NCBI RefSeq assembly: GCF_006345805.1
Contig: NW_021835771.1
Location: 1 to 38,923, forward strand
DNA: 38,923 nt
Source: Octopus sinensis
Taxonomy: Eukaryota
Direction of reading: 5' to 3'
Part shown: positions 24,698-38,850 of the stretch, piece after piece
Numbering within the stretch: position 1 is the first letter of the stretch
Layout of the letters: each line of letters starts with the position of its first letter
Made by a program: the position numbers and the translations under genes
Notes under the pieces: model-generated
The model's database searches: none
What the model saw: only the letters and a program-made list of their open reading frames with translations
Told to the model about the DNA's origin: nothing

Positions 24698-25483
24698 TTA
24701 GTACGCCGGGCGAAATCCTTAGAGATATTTCGTCTGTCGTTACGTTCTGAGTTCAAATTCCGCCAAGGTCGACTTTGCCTTTCATCCTTTCGGGGTCGAT
24801 AAATTAAGTACAAGTTACGCACTGGGGTCGATATAATCGACTTAATCCGTTTGTCTGTCCTTGTTGGTCATCTCTGTGGTAGTAAAGAAATAGGTATTTC
24901 GCCCGTCGCTACGTTCTAAGTTCAAATTCCGCCGAGGTCAACTTTGCCTTTCATCCTTTCGATAGATTAAGTACCAGTGAAACACTGGGATCAATGTAGT
25001 CGACTAGTTCCCTCCTCGCAAATTTCAGGCCTTATATCTTTAGTAGAAATCATCATCATCATCATCATCATCACATCATCATCATCATCATCATCATTAT
25101 TATTATTATTATTATTATCATTATTATTATTATTATTATTATCATCATCTTCATCACTAAGGTGGCGAGCTGGGAGAATTGTTAGCACGCCAGGCAAAAT
25201 GCTAAGCGGTACTTCACCCGTCGCTACGTTCCGGGCCCAAATTCTGCCGAGGTCGACTTTGCTTTTCATCCTTTTGTAGTCGTTAAATTAAGTACCAGTG
25301 AAGTACTGAGGTCGATATATAATTATTATTATTATTATTGAAAAATTCTGCTGAGGTCGACATTGCCCTTCATCCTTTTGGGGATCGATAAATTAAGTAC
25401 CAGTGAAATAGTGAGTCGATGTAGTCGAATATCCCCCTCCACCAAATTCCAGGCTTTGTGCCTTTAGTAGAAAAAATTATTAT
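24698..25483 (+). mobile_element. Head-to-tail cluster of four SINE family 3 copies separated by (ATC)/(ATT)n
   Basis: aaattc(c/t)gc(c/t)(g/a)aggtc(g/a)ac...catccttt...aagtac occurs four times (~24757, 24924, 25240, 25345). Confidence 0.85.
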
Positions 25484-25485
25484 TA

Positions 25486-25860
25486 CTAGCGGCGCCCGTG
25501 AATATTTCACGCAATTATTGGTAATCTCAATGGATTATTTCTGAAAACTTTATCCAAAAAACCTGAAAGCCTAACCTGTGTTGTGTCTGTATGGAAAGAT
25601 AGTCGCTCATCTGCTACTCACTGAAAAATGAAAGAAATTGGAATACGATGATTACTTAATGCACTTTATATATACACTTTATTTAGTTTATGCACAATTG
25701 TTTAGACTTAATACAGAGCACTCATAAAATAAATATTTCACTTATATTTTTCCATTGTTCTCATATACAAACAAAAAATATATCCCGTACATATGATACA
25801 ACCTTTAGTTAAATTGCTTATGTATGCCACGTGAATAAGCATGAATATTTCACGGAATTG
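25486..25860 (-). mobile_element. Possible Helitron-like relic (3' end only)
   Basis: Minus strand ends with hairpin cgtgaaatattcacg, then ggcgccgCTAG|t; a related motif recurs near 25840. Confidence 0.3.
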
Positions 25861-26424
25861 CACTTATTGCACATGCGTTAAGAAATAGGTAATATAAAAA
25901 ATTCAGTTCAATTTTTAAATACACTTTTCACTATCCAATTACCACCGCCACCTCCACCACCACCACCTCCACCACTACCACATTCATCATCTCTCTCCCC
26001 ACTTCTCTCTCTTCCTCTCTCACTCACTCCTCTCTTTTTCTGCCTTTCTTTAAATTTACCATCAGAACATCACCCCCCTGCTAAAATTATATTTTAAAAT
26101 CTCAGCCTCTACCTTCAACTAACTTTTTAAACCACGTAATAAATATTACGTTACTCCTACGTCACGTTATGGACAGCTCCTCTCTCCCACTTTTCTTTCT
26201 CCCTCTTTCTGCCTCACTCTTCGCCTCATCCTCTTTTTCTTTGTCCTTTTTCTTTGTTATCTCTTTCCCTTCAACTAATCGCGTGAAAGCGCTACAATTA
26301 CATTCCCTCTACCTCATGTCATGGACGCTTCTCTCTCCCTCTTTTTCTCTAATCACATGAAAGTGTTACTAACGGGCTAAGTAACGCAATGACAAGTAAA
26401 TTTATTATAAGATTTTTGAAAGCG

Positions 26425-26835
26425 GAAAAGAGTAGTGGATTGGTAGAATTATTAGAGCATCGGGAACATGCTTTGTGATACTTAGTTATGAGACCTTTCG
26501 TTCTGAGTTTAAATCCCTACAAGGTCAGCTTTGCCTTCCATTTCTCCAGAGTCGATAAAATAAAGTACTAGAGATATACTGGGGTCGATAGCATCGGTTA
26601 AACCCTTCCGCCAAATTGATAGCCTTGCACCTAAATTAGAAGTAATTACTAGGCAGCGGACTAACAATGACCTGGCAGTATGTTGGATAAACTGTTTTAC
26701 GGTATTTCTTCCGAAATTTTACGTTCTGAGTACAAGTACCACTGAGATCAAATTTTCCTTTCACCCCTTTGATGTCAATAAAATAAAGTAATAGGTTAGA
26801 TAGTCCGCCAATAAGCTCTACAGAATTTATTAACG
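26425..26835. mobile_element. Two diverged SINE family 3 copies, tail to tail (+ at ~26425-26645, - at ~26650-26835)
   Basis: gttctgagtttaaatccctacaaggtcagctttgccttcc (+) and the reverse-complement equivalent aattttcctttcacccctttgatgtcaataaaataaagta (-). Confidence 0.65.
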
Positions 26836-28236
26836 TCGCTTTAATTTCTTTGCCTTTCATTTGATCGGAGACGCTAAAGTAATTACCACGTAAATAAGGA
26901 AAAATATTTGAATCAACTACGCCCCTATTTCTAAATATTGAACGATGTACCTAAGTTAAATTGATTATATCATTCAGTCGGAAAAACATGCCTAACAGGA
27001 TTAATTTACTGTCCTAGTTAGAATTTCGTCAGGTCCGGAACTGTATTTTTGTATTTTCTCTGGTTGATGATATGAGTAGCTGATTTCTCGACAGTGTTAA
27101 GATAGAGTAGAAAGTTGATTCTGGCGACCCTTTAGCTTTGAACGTAAATTAATGAAGCCAAATCAAACATTTAAACACATCACCTCTCCTTAGGCTCTGT
27201 CGACGATCTCATTTCTCTCATCCTTATTTTGGGATTTCCTTTCCAATTTCCCTCACTTCTGTTCATATATTTTCATTCGATTCTCCATATACCGACGCCT
27301 TCTTCCGTTTGCTTTACAGGTTTCATCAGTTTAACTGCCCGTCGACGTTGTGTTGCGATTTTCTAATTGTATACCCAACATAATGCCTCTTTTCGCTTCA
27401 TTTCCTTGTCTAGGAGGGTTTTCTGATTTGCTCTCACAAGGCAATGTTGCTGATTTTGTCGATCAATGGATTCTGTTGAGTCAACATGTGGAGATGTATG
27501 ACAGCCGCTCTAACAATAATCCAGATTTTCATTAACCAATGTCTCGAGATGAAAGTAGGAAGCCATCAAACTAAAACTAATTAGCAATTGCAAAATTAAG
27601 CAAAAATGAGCTAAGAAAAAAACTAGGTTAATGGCCATTTGTATGTGAACGAATAATATAGACAAATGCAAATCTATCAAATAGCCTACAATATAAATTT
27701 TGGATTTATTAAAATCAGTCTTGGCCTCTGGAAGATGTGTCATAATTACCGACTGACAATTAAGACCAGCTTCATTTGAAAAGGGAAATAATTCTGACTT
27801 TAGTGAGTCTACCTCCTAAGGATGATGGATTAAAACAGCATCAATGCAGTTTGAACTCCAAATCTACAAATTTACAGTATTTGTTTAGTTACTTTAATAG
27901 TTTTAAGTAACATGTACATAATCAAATATTAGTTTTCTTTCTTTCTTTCAGCCCAATTTGCACTTCTTTTCATCTCACAATAAATATCAGTGAAAACTAT
28001 GAATACTTGTAGACTCAGGATAATCTACTATATAATGTTACACATGGCTTTCCTTATACATGTTTAATTATTAATTTCGGAGTAATGGAAATTAAATGGG
28101 TCAGTAGCCAAAAAGAGACAATATTGATTCGTCAGGAAAAGCAGTTTTCATTTCAATGTTTATAAAACTATTTCTTGACAGGAAGAAATTAATTATCACT
28201 TTCTTATCGAAGGATTTCATTACAAGTGATTGATTA

Positions 28237-28731
28237 CCGTATTTTGAGGCTTGGTAGATGCTGCAATTGTGGAAGATGCGTCTTGATTTTGGAAATGTAA
28301 TTCTTGAAGTAAAGTTTGTTATAGTCACTGAAGCCTCGTCAAAACGATCAAGTAGAGCCTGGCTCTCAATCACTAAATGCCTGTTAACAATCAAAATTTA
28401 TGGGTAAGTCTGAGGAGCGGTCATACCTCTCTATAAGCGAAATCACTAAACAATGATCATTTACCTGATGGTTTGATACTCTTCTCTTTAACTGTTGATT
28501 CTCAGCTAGTATTGTGGAAGAGTCTTGGTAACTTTCATGGTATCATATTTGATGGCATATAAACCGAACTTTTTTTTACTCCAAAAGATCTAAAAAAGTT
28601 CTATCTCCAATGTGCGAAGTCAGGCCAATATTACGTGCTTTAATATATTAAGAAATTTTTTCCTAAATATGCGCTGCTGAAAGTGGGGTGCGTCTAATAC
28701 GCCTGTGTGGCTTTTATGCCACTAAGTATGG
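28237..28731. mobile_element. Possible non-autonomous pogo/Tigger-like relic
   Basis: TA|ccgtatttt... left end and ggggtgcgtctaatacgcc...aagtatgg|TA right end resemble pogo-type termini; TIRs very degenerate, no convincing transposase. Confidence 0.35.
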
Positions 28732-29000
28732 TATTTTTGCCAAAAAGAAAGTGAATCTTCCAGGATGAAGTTCACGGTAACTATTTTTGTGCAAAATAAT
28801 CTCTCTCTCTCCTTTTACCTGTCATAACCTTAATGTAATGCTTCAAGTTTGTGGGGACTATGAAGGTGAGAATCTCTACTTGTGACCACATATGTACTGG
28901 AAATACTTGTCGAAATACTTGTGGTGTAATCTACCAAGTCACACGCGCTTGTGGAGCTACAATTTAGCATATAACAGCCATGCATAGACTATTCCTTAAA

Positions 29001-29204
<204 letters not shown>

Positions 29205-29426
29205 AAGCGCGTGGCTTAGTGGTCAGGGACATTCGGCCCATGATCGTAAGGTCGTGAGTTCAATTCCCGGCGGCGCGTTGTGTCCTTGAGCTAGACACTT
29301 TATTTCACGTTACTCCAGTCCACTCAGCTGGCAAAAATGAGTAGTCCCTGTATTTCAGAGGGTTAGCCTTGTCACACTCTGTGTCACGCTGAATCTCCCC
29401 GAGAACTACGTTAAGTGTACACGTGT
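29205..29426 (+). mobile_element. SINE family 1, 3'-truncated
   Basis: Highly similar to the reverse complement of 10012-10330; begins right after the (TA)n tract. Confidence 0.88.
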
Positions 29427-29439
29427 TTATCAATTTATG

Positions 29440-29486
29440 TTATTACAAACACCATCTAAATATTATTTAGCTGGTGTTTATAATAA
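29440..29486. repeat. 47-bp near-perfect palindrome
   Basis: ttattacaaacaccatctaaata-t-tatttagctggtgtttataataa; 23-bp arms, 2 mismatches, 1-nt loop. Confidence 0.8.
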
Positions 29487-30044
29487 TATAAGTTATTTTA
29501 CTAAATTCCCGATAATATTCTAAATAAATTGAAATAAAGAGAATGTATTTCAACAGAAACATGGTAACGAAATATACAGCAGTAATTTACTCGGTATATT
29601 AATATGAAAATATACCGACTCCTTTTGCCAAATTAGTCAATACAAAGAATTTATAGTCATAAAATTCGGGTTTTAATATATTCATGACAAATCGCTCGTA
29701 TTAAAATCAACCTACTTTCAAAAAATTTTCCAATCAATGAATGTTTATATGAAGTAAATTTAGGAAGAATTGCAGATATGAAGGCTTATATCAGTAAAAT
29801 AACTTCCTATCAGTGGGAGTTCAAAGTAATAAAAATCTTTCAGGTAATCCGGCAAAGTAAAAAAACAAACGTTGGTCCGGAAGTTCTGCTTATGAAGAAA
29901 GATAAGTTATGCTCCAAATCAAATTTGAAAGCAATGAATGATTTCATAACAACGTAAATGAAGACGTGGATTTATGATAAAATTATTTTGATAAATACTC
30001 CATTTTAATTGTACGGTGTTGCATACACACACACATGCTCATAG

Positions 30045-30593
<549 letters not shown>

Positions 30594-30597
30594 AAGA

Positions 30598-30762
<165 letters not shown>

Positions 30763-31079
30763 TCCCCCACCAAAACTCGTGTACATACACGTACAGACCT
30801 ATACATACAAATGACTGTATATGTATACGGGGAGAAAACAGTATTTCTAACAAAAAAAAAATGAAAATCCATTAATACGGAGTTCAATACACAGGAGTGC
30901 TTCTTTGTAAACAAATATGTATCTGTGAGTATGCAAAGGGTACTTTTACATATGCATGAGTATGTGTGTGTGTGTGTTCGTCTCTCTTTGTGGTGGAACG
31001 TGAACGCGTATGCTATATAATGTACACAGTATGATGTAAAGAGGTTTCCTTACGTTGGATTAAGTCCAGAAGCATGTTC

Positions 31080-31540
<461 letters not shown>

Positions 31541-32426
31541 CCTTTCACATTTACAAAGTGTTAAATGATACACAAACATATTAATTACTCACTCCTGTCA
31601 CGTGTATGACAGGTACACATTCAACAAATAGCTGTTAAGCAGTTGTACACTAAATAACTAAAGCGACAAAACAGATGTTTCTGGAGCTATTAAAAATGTT
31701 AGAAGAAAACTTGATACTCAGTTCTGAACTGTGTTATCCACTTCCCTCTCTGAAACAAAACAGCAACAAACAACAAAAATCAAACTGGGAGGAGAAATAA
31801 TAGGAAAACCGAATTCACGTCTGTGTGAGATGAATCAAATAAAGAATGAAGAAAGTGTTAAGTGGAAGAGTGTAGAGGAATAATCCGGATAAGTCTATTG
31901 TGTGTGTGTGTGCATGAAAAGTATAACTTCCATGTGACACAAAACAGGAAATAAGAGTATGTATATATATATATGTACACGTATATATACGTATGTATGC
32001 ATGTATGCATGTATGTATGTATGTTTGTATGTATGTATGTATGTATTATGTATGTATGTATGTATTCTATTTCTCTTTTAGATTTACAGTTAACTTTGGC
32101 AGGCCACCTGCTTGGTTTCAAGGTTGTGAAGGGAAGCATCTTGTTTTGTTCATCACCCTTAAATCTTAAGGTTTTGTTCAAAGTTTTTTTATATTGTCCT
32201 AGATTTCGTAATCGTTTGTAGCTTATGAATTAAGAAGCTGTATTCTCTCATCAAAAGCCCAAGTTCACCCATTTCGTTTTTTGTCTTTTTTTTCTAGGCG
32301 TGTTGACACGTATCATGTTGCTCTAATACTAACAGGTTTTCAATTGAAAGTGTATCTTGTGTTCTGGATTTATCAAACTCCTTATCAATGGTTCATAGAC
32401 ATTGAGTTACTTTTCTATTTTTCTGA

Positions 32427-32568
32427 CCTGCTAGGGATGAGATTTGAATCCAAACGCAAAATACAATATACTCTTTTCTGTCGCTGATCTCGAAAAAGGA
32501 GAAACAAGCAATACATTGGAAAAGCATATAGTATTTTGCGTTTGGAATCAGTTCTCATCCCTAGCTGG
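32427..32568. mobile_element. 142-bp MITE-like foldback with ~50-bp imperfect arms
   Basis: cctgctagggatgagatttgaatccaaacgcaaaatacaatatactcttttc vs the reverse complement of 32519-32568. Confidence 0.72.
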
Positions 32569-32799
32569 TGATTGACATACGCTGATTACGGGTTACTGCT
32601 CAGAAACCCGGGTCTGTGTGTATCACGTAAGGCTAGAGATGAGAACAATGATTTCCCTTCACAAATACTGATCAGACACAGACAGTATGTCGTTATCTAG
32701 CTGAAAGAGATGTCTTTCTGGGAATATAAACAACAGTAGCATCGTCCCCTATGGATCAGCCACATTTAGGTGGAAAATATACTTCACGATCTTTTTTAT

Positions 32800-33243
32800 T
32801 CTTTTAATCGTTTCAATCATTTCATTTGACTGCACTGCCATGCTGTAGCACCGTCTTTAGCCGAACAAATCGACCCCAGGACTTATTCTTTGTAAGCCTA
32901 GTACTTATTCTATCAGTCACCTTTGCCGAACTGCTATGTTACGGGGACATAAACACACCAGCATCAGTTGTCAAGCGATGGTTGAGCGACAAACACAGAC
33001 ACACAAACATATGCAAACACACACACACAGACACACACACACACACACATATATATATACATATACATATATACATATATACGACGGGCTTCTTTCAGTT
33101 TTCGTCTACTAAATCCTCTCACAAGGCTTTGGTTGGCCTGAGGCTATAGTAGAAGACGCTTGCTCAAGGTGCCACGCAGTAGGACTGAACCTGAAACCAT
33201 ATGGTTGTGAAGCAAGCTTCTGACGACACAGCCACGCCTGCGC
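32800..33243 (-). mobile_element. SINE family 2, full length
   Basis: Reverse complement aligns with 23091-23465, including head, internal microsatellite and tail. Confidence 0.85.
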
Positions 33244-33574
33244 ATATATATGTTTGTGAGTGTGTGTGTGTATGTGTGTGTGCGTGTGTTTGCGTATAAT
33301 GCGTGTAAGTATATATTTTTGTACTTCAGTATTTCTGTATACAAATTTGTGTATTTTACTCCAAAAAGATTAGTGAAATTATTCGAGGCACGATTGTTCT
33401 CTAGTGATTACATTATTATATTTTGTTCATCTTCGCCTACTTGCAAAGTTATTGGAGATTGTAATAAATACAATATCAACTAATAATAAAGCAAATAATA
33501 TAATCAATGAGCTGATCCGCTATCCTGATTTCAACCGTGTATATTCATTTCTTTGGTGGGACGTATAAGGAATT

Positions 33575-33782
33575 TATCTTTTACTTGTTTCAGTCATTAG
33601 ACTGTGACCATGCCGGGACACTGCTTTGGGGAATTTTAGTCCAACGACTCGATTCCAGTCAATTTTTTAAAGCCTCGTACTCATTCCATCTGTCTTTTTA
33701 GTCGAACCGCTAGGTTACACAACTAAGTTACACACTTAAGTAAATAAACCAACACCGGTTCCCAAACGGTGGAGGAGGACAA

Positions 33783-33814
<32 letters not shown>

Positions 33815-33815
33815 G

Positions 33816-33846
<31 letters not shown>

Positions 33847-34199
33847 TATATATATTATATATATATATACAATAATATGTTACATTACTCGATAGTCAAG
33901 ATAAAACTCTGAGTTTCAGATGCCGAAGTGGGAATCCACGACATCTCTTCCGGTTATCTGGCTATTTGAAAACGCTATGAAAAAATACCGTTATACAAAG
34001 GGAAATATATATATATATATATATTCAAATATACGACAGGCTTCTTTCAGTTTCTTCAACCAAATCCACTCATAAGGCTTTAATTGGCCTGAGGTTATAG
34101 TAGAAGACACTTGCCCAAAGTGCCACGTAGTGGGACTGAACCTGGAACCATATGGATGGGAAGCAAACTTCCTGCTACACAATCACTCCTCTCCTGCGT
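33575..34199 (-). mobile_element. SINE family 2 copy with a family C element nested in its internal microsatellite
   Basis: Tail at 33575-33810 and head at 34030-34199 are collinear on the minus strand; the insert at 33870-34000 is homologous to 11320-11480. Confidence 0.75.
33900..33958 (-). ncRNA. Degenerate family C hammerhead-like motif
   Basis: Minus: GATAA-ccggaaga-GATG...CATC-t-GAAA-CTCaGAG-TT-TTATC. Helices retained, core mutated. Confidence 0.35.
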
Positions 34200-34412
34200 C
34201 TATTAATAACTAGCCTCCCTGGCCAGGAATCGACCAACTGCTGTCGGTTTGCTTGTTGGTTTGTTTACGTTTCCGGAATCTAGTAGTCGTGCTAAAGAGA
34301 ACTATAGGATAAATACCAGATTTAAAGAAAAGCACTGAGTAGCGATTTGAAACAAGTAAAAGGTAAAAGGTAAATCCTCTGAAATCTAAGAGTAATGTTT
34401 GGACTATGCTTC

Positions 34413-34443
34413 CTGATGAGGTACTTCAAGACTGAAACATGTC
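34413..34443 (+). ncRNA. Hammerhead-core-like motif
   Basis: CTGATGA-GGT(acttcaag)ACT-GAA-ACATGT-C; canonical core and palindromic helix III but no adjacent helix I. Confidence 0.25.
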
Positions 34444-34890
34444 CCAATTATCATCGTTTTTCCAATGCTCACAAGTCTACACTCTTTTAGGTAATTTGAT
34501 TACTAGGGCTGCCTCCCCTATCTGCTTTGAAAAAAAGGCTTTTTAGTCAAAAGAACTGACCCCAGTACTAATTTTTGTCTTTTTTCAGAAACGCAACGTC
34601 GTGGCTACATAAACAAACTAACACCGGTCGTCAAGCGGCGATATGAGACAAACACAACCATACACACACACACACATACACACACACACACACTAACACA
34701 CACAAACAAACACACACACACAATCACTCACACTCATATGTATATATGTATGCATGTATATGTATATATGTATATTTATAAATAAAATAGAACATTATTA
34801 TTCATAATAATGATAACGTTAATAGCCGCAAGTATAAAAAAGGATAGGTAACATCAATAAATATATATAAAATATAGAAATATATGTATA

Positions 34891-35004
34891 TATAATAGGG
34901 TATTAAATAATCACCTGCTTTGCTAAAGATAGGAGTCAAAACATTCCGAAGTGTTTTGACTCTTATCTTTAGCAAAGCAGGTGCTTATTTAGTACCCTAT
35001 TATA
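34891..35004. mobile_element. 114-bp foldback hairpin (53-bp arms, 3 mismatches, 8-nt loop)
   Basis: tataatagggtattaaataatcacctgctttgctaaagataggagtcaaaaca-ttccgaag-reverse complement. Confidence 0.88.
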
Positions 35005-35350
35005 CTATCTACTTCTAAATGGCTCACTCGCTTAAATAAAAAGAGTATTCAGAAACACTGCAATAATGACTAATTATATTTGTTGTTAAGGGAAATGGGA
35101 ATTTGTGATATAAATTTATTTTGCATAAATATACGTGTAATTACCATTCAAAGATTTAGAGAGAAGAACGACATCAAAGTTTTACCTTCACGGAACAGTA
35201 CAGAGAGTTGAATTATATGTTTTACGAACTGTAGTTTCGCTCTAGTTGAAAACTAAGCAAGGTTCGGCACCGAATATTGCCGAAATTGATAAAATAAGAA
35301 CTGGTAATATGATGAGATTATTAACGACTTTATGTTTTTGTTGTAGTTGC

Positions 35351-35390
<40 letters not shown>

Positions 35391-35418
35391 ATTATTATCA
35401 TTATTATTATTATTATTA

Positions 35419-35960
35419 TTAAGGCGGCGAATAAGTTAGCGCACTGGACGAAATGCTTAGCGGTAATGCTTAGCCCGTAATCGACTAACCTCCCCCGCCA
35501 AAATTTCAGGCTTCGTGCCTATAAGTGAAACGATTATTATTGTTATTATTATTATTAAGGCAGTGAACTCCCAGAATCGTTGGCATACCGGATAAAACGC
35601 TAAGCAGCTTTTCAGCCGTCTGAGTTCAACTTCCGATGAAATCGACTTGCGTTTCGTCATTTCGAGGTCGATAAAATAAAAACCAGTTGAGATCTGGGGT
35701 CGATGATTTCGACTTACTTCCTCCCTTGAAAGTACTGGCCTTGTGCGGAAATTTGAAACTATTGCTATTATTATGGAGGTGAGCTGGCAGAATCGTTAGC
35801 ACGCCAGGTAAAATGCTTAGCAGCGTTTCGTCTATCTTTGCAAATTCCGTCGAAGTCGACTTCACTTTTGAGGTCGATAAATTAAATACCGGAGGAAACA
35901 CTGGGATCGATATAATCGATTAGCTCCCTCCCCTAAATTTCATATCAGAAAGGATTATCA
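35419..35960 (+). mobile_element. Head-to-tail cluster of three diverged SINE family 3 copies in (ATT)n
   Basis: Heads aaggcggcga (~35421), aaggcagtgaac (~35557) and gaggtgagctggcag (~35777), each preceded by att repeats. Confidence 0.8.
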
Positions 35961-36699
35961 TTTACATATTCCTCCCCTCACTTGTGTAGACATCCAGATA
36001 CAATATTCACTTTCCGGGACCTTTGGTTCTATAACTTTTCAGGGATCACTGGTTATTCCAAACAAGCGCTGGTCATGTTCTCAACACACTCTAAACTAAA
36101 CAACTGTTAGATCTACTAAAAAAACAAAAGAAACTAATGAAATACAGGTACTTGTACATTAGTGCGGCTTATAAGAGATTCCAAACTTTCAATATCCAGA
36201 CATCAGTATTGTACCTGTACTATTTTTTGGCTTATCGGTTTGGTCTGAAGAAGATTGTGCTGTTATTTCTAGCAATTAGAGCAACCACGTAGACGTTTCA
36301 CGATCGTTTGAAATGCACGCGGTTATTTTTGTTGCCTGCTAAACCCAGAAAACTGTTTCACTTGCTACCACTGCGTTATTTTTCAAATGCAGCATACTGA
36401 CGGACTAACCACATTATCATCGACGGTTGATGAGTTGTATTGATTATATCACAGCTCCCCCCCCCCCACCAGTATCCCACTGTTACTGAATTTATCGGCC
36501 CTGAATGGACGAAAATTATTATCTACTTGAACAGGATGCGAACTCGATTATGTCAGATTGTTAATAAATACGTTTTCGACGCCAGCCCACCACCTTCAAT
36601 TATATTACACTTCAATAATTGGATTTAGTCCAGAACAAAACCTAAATATTTATATTACACCCGTGTGAATATCGCTGTTTGATGTATTTGCACGTGGTT

Positions 36700-36702
36700 T
36701 TG

Positions 36703-36752
<50 letters not shown>

Positions 36753-36836
36753 TGTGTGTGTGTGTGTGTGTGTTGTGTGGTGGTGTGTGGTGTGTGTTTG
36801 TGTAGTATGTCTCTGTATGCATGTATGTACGTATAT

Positions 36837-36872
<36 letters not shown>

Positions 36873-36938
36873 GATATATATACACATACACACATGCATG
36901 AACATATATATATATGCATACATGTATGTACGTGTATA

Positions 36939-36984
<46 letters not shown>

Positions 36985-37060
36985 TATATATATAAATGTA
37001 TGTAAATGTAGCATATATGCGATGTATATATATATATATATATTATATATATAATGCGTA
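36700..37060. repeat. Compound (TG)n/(TA)n microsatellite
   Basis: Direct inspection. Confidence 0.92.
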
Positions 37061-37725
37061 AAAGAGAGAGAATGTGGTAGGGTTGCGTATATTTGTGCCG
37101 CTTGTCTCTACGTATTTCATCTTGCTGAGAAGATTGTTCTGAATTTTAAAAAAATCCTCATGTATATCATAAATTGTTTTCAACATAGAAACACCTTCAC
37201 AACAACACTAATTATGTTTACACATACAGTGTAAATAATATATGCAATGTAAACGTCACAAGGGTTTACTTACTTAAGCTCATGGCAAATTCTTAAACAG
37301 GATTGTTTGTGTTATTCTTCACACTGTTGTTGCTTCGAGATATTTCAGAGTAACTCACACCATACTTTATCCATCAAGCCTACATCCAAAGGAAAACGCG
37401 CAGTTTTTGATAAAAGTAAAATAATTTATTTACAGAGGATCATCGCATATTTATTTGCTCCTTAAAATATATTTATGCAGGATCATATATTGATATGATT
37501 CAAAAAGAATATTTATAAATTACCAAGTATTTATTTTTCCGTAAAATACATTTTTAAAGACTTATATCATTATTTTATTTATGAAATATATTTATGATAC
37601 ATAACATCACATGTTATTGACACACTTTAAATTAAACAAAAATGAAAATAACACTGACATCTCATTTTCACAGAAATATTTATCAAAATTGCATTAAAAA
37701 AATCTTGAAATACTAAACAGTAAGT

Positions 37726-38321
37726 TTATTCAAGAAAATTGCTGTTGGCTTCAACCACGGCCTCCAGACGACTTTGGAATCTCCTACAACTATTCTGGAC
37801 GGTCTCCTTGTTGAAGTTGGTGAATGCTGCCATAATCTTTGCCTTCAATTCATCTTTGGTGTTACAGGGAATTTTGTTGGTTTCTCGATTAACTGCGCCT
37901 CACACATATTAATCAAAGGGGGAGTTAGGTGGCCAGATGTTTGGGGTGATGTAGTTGCAGAAATTGTCTGACATCCATGACTGGATCCTTCGGCTTATGT
38001 GGCATAGTGCAGAGTACTGTTGCCAGACATAGGGTCTTCCAGTAGCCACCCTCCAGGCAATTAATTTAGGCTTCCGTGTCGAGTCTGAGGCCGTGTGGCT
38101 AGATGACTGGAGGCATTACGTCGCCATCACTAATGATCACTCCTAACACCATAATGTCGACTGATGTTTGATTTTTATAAATCTCGGTGCCTGTCCTCAG
38201 ATTGCACTGTCCTCAGATTGACACCCAAACATTCTGAAATGTTCGTATTGGAATTTCCGGCGCGAATGTCAAGCAGTACAACATGTTGTTTCTAAATTTC
38301 TGGCAGAGTGAATTGCGTCAT
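37726..38321 (-). mobile_element. Internally deleted, decayed Tc1/mariner transposase, maT/DD37D-like
   Basis: My translation of the minus strand: N-terminus MTQFTLPEI*KQHVVLLDIRAGNSNTNISECLGVNLRTV joined to a catalytic half with MVLGVIISDGDVMPP, GRPYVWQQYSA, NIWPPNSP and TKDELKAKIMAAFTN...FQSRLEAVVEANSNFLE*. Element ends not located. Confidence 0.85.
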
Positions 38322-38444
38322 GACGCTGTTTTTCTCATAGACGGTGCCCAACTGATCCTACTGTACTGTGTAGTCGACAGAATCAAAAACAAACAGTGCG
38401 TGGTGCGAAACTAATAATATAAAGTGGCGATAATTTACCCATCG

Positions 38445-38624
38445 CATCATAGATCGGTAGACACTACACACATTTTTGTTCTCTCGTTGTTTCTTTCTGT
38501 GTTCCTTTCTGTGGAAGAGCGTAAGCTCGAAACGTCAAAGACTTTTTCAATTCCTGAGTGTTATACTAATACATCTGTTTATTTTCTACACCACCTGTCT
38601 TCGTCTTTTGTTTATTTCGTAAAT

Positions 38625-38630
<6 letters not shown>
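38445..38630 (+). mobile_element. Family A short element, diverged copy
   Basis: Collinear homology to 12968-13212. Confidence 0.75.
38505..38540 (+). ncRNA. Minimal type I hammerhead-like motif (family A)
   Basis: CTTT-CTGTGGA-a-GAGCgtaaGCTC-GAAA-C-GT-C-AAAG; helix I 4 bp, GNRA-capped helix II, ACGT palindromic helix III, GUC triplet; U at core position 6. Confidence 0.5.
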
Positions 38631-38655
<25 letters not shown>

Positions 38656-38703
38656 TATATGTAAATGCTATATGTATATATACATACGTGAATAAATAAA
38701 TAT

Positions 38704-38850
38704 GTAGGAGTGGCTGTGTGGTAAGTAGTTTGCTTATCGCCAACATGGTTCTGGGTTCAGTCCCAATGCGTGGAACCTTAGGCAAATGTCTTCTACTAAA
38801 CCTTGTGAGTGGATTTAGTAGACGGAAAATGAAAGAACCCCGACGTCATA
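38704..38850 (+). mobile_element. 5' part of SINE family 2
   Basis: gtaggagtggctgtgtggtaagtagtttgctt...ggttcagtccca...ttaggcaaatgtcttctacta...gtagacggaaaatgaaagaaccc. Confidence 0.82.

Noticed and set aside
32080-32165. Possible exon (FTVNFGRPPAWFQG) after a polypyrimidine-AG
   Set aside because: No good donor, early stop and only superficial similarity to SPRY-domain ends.
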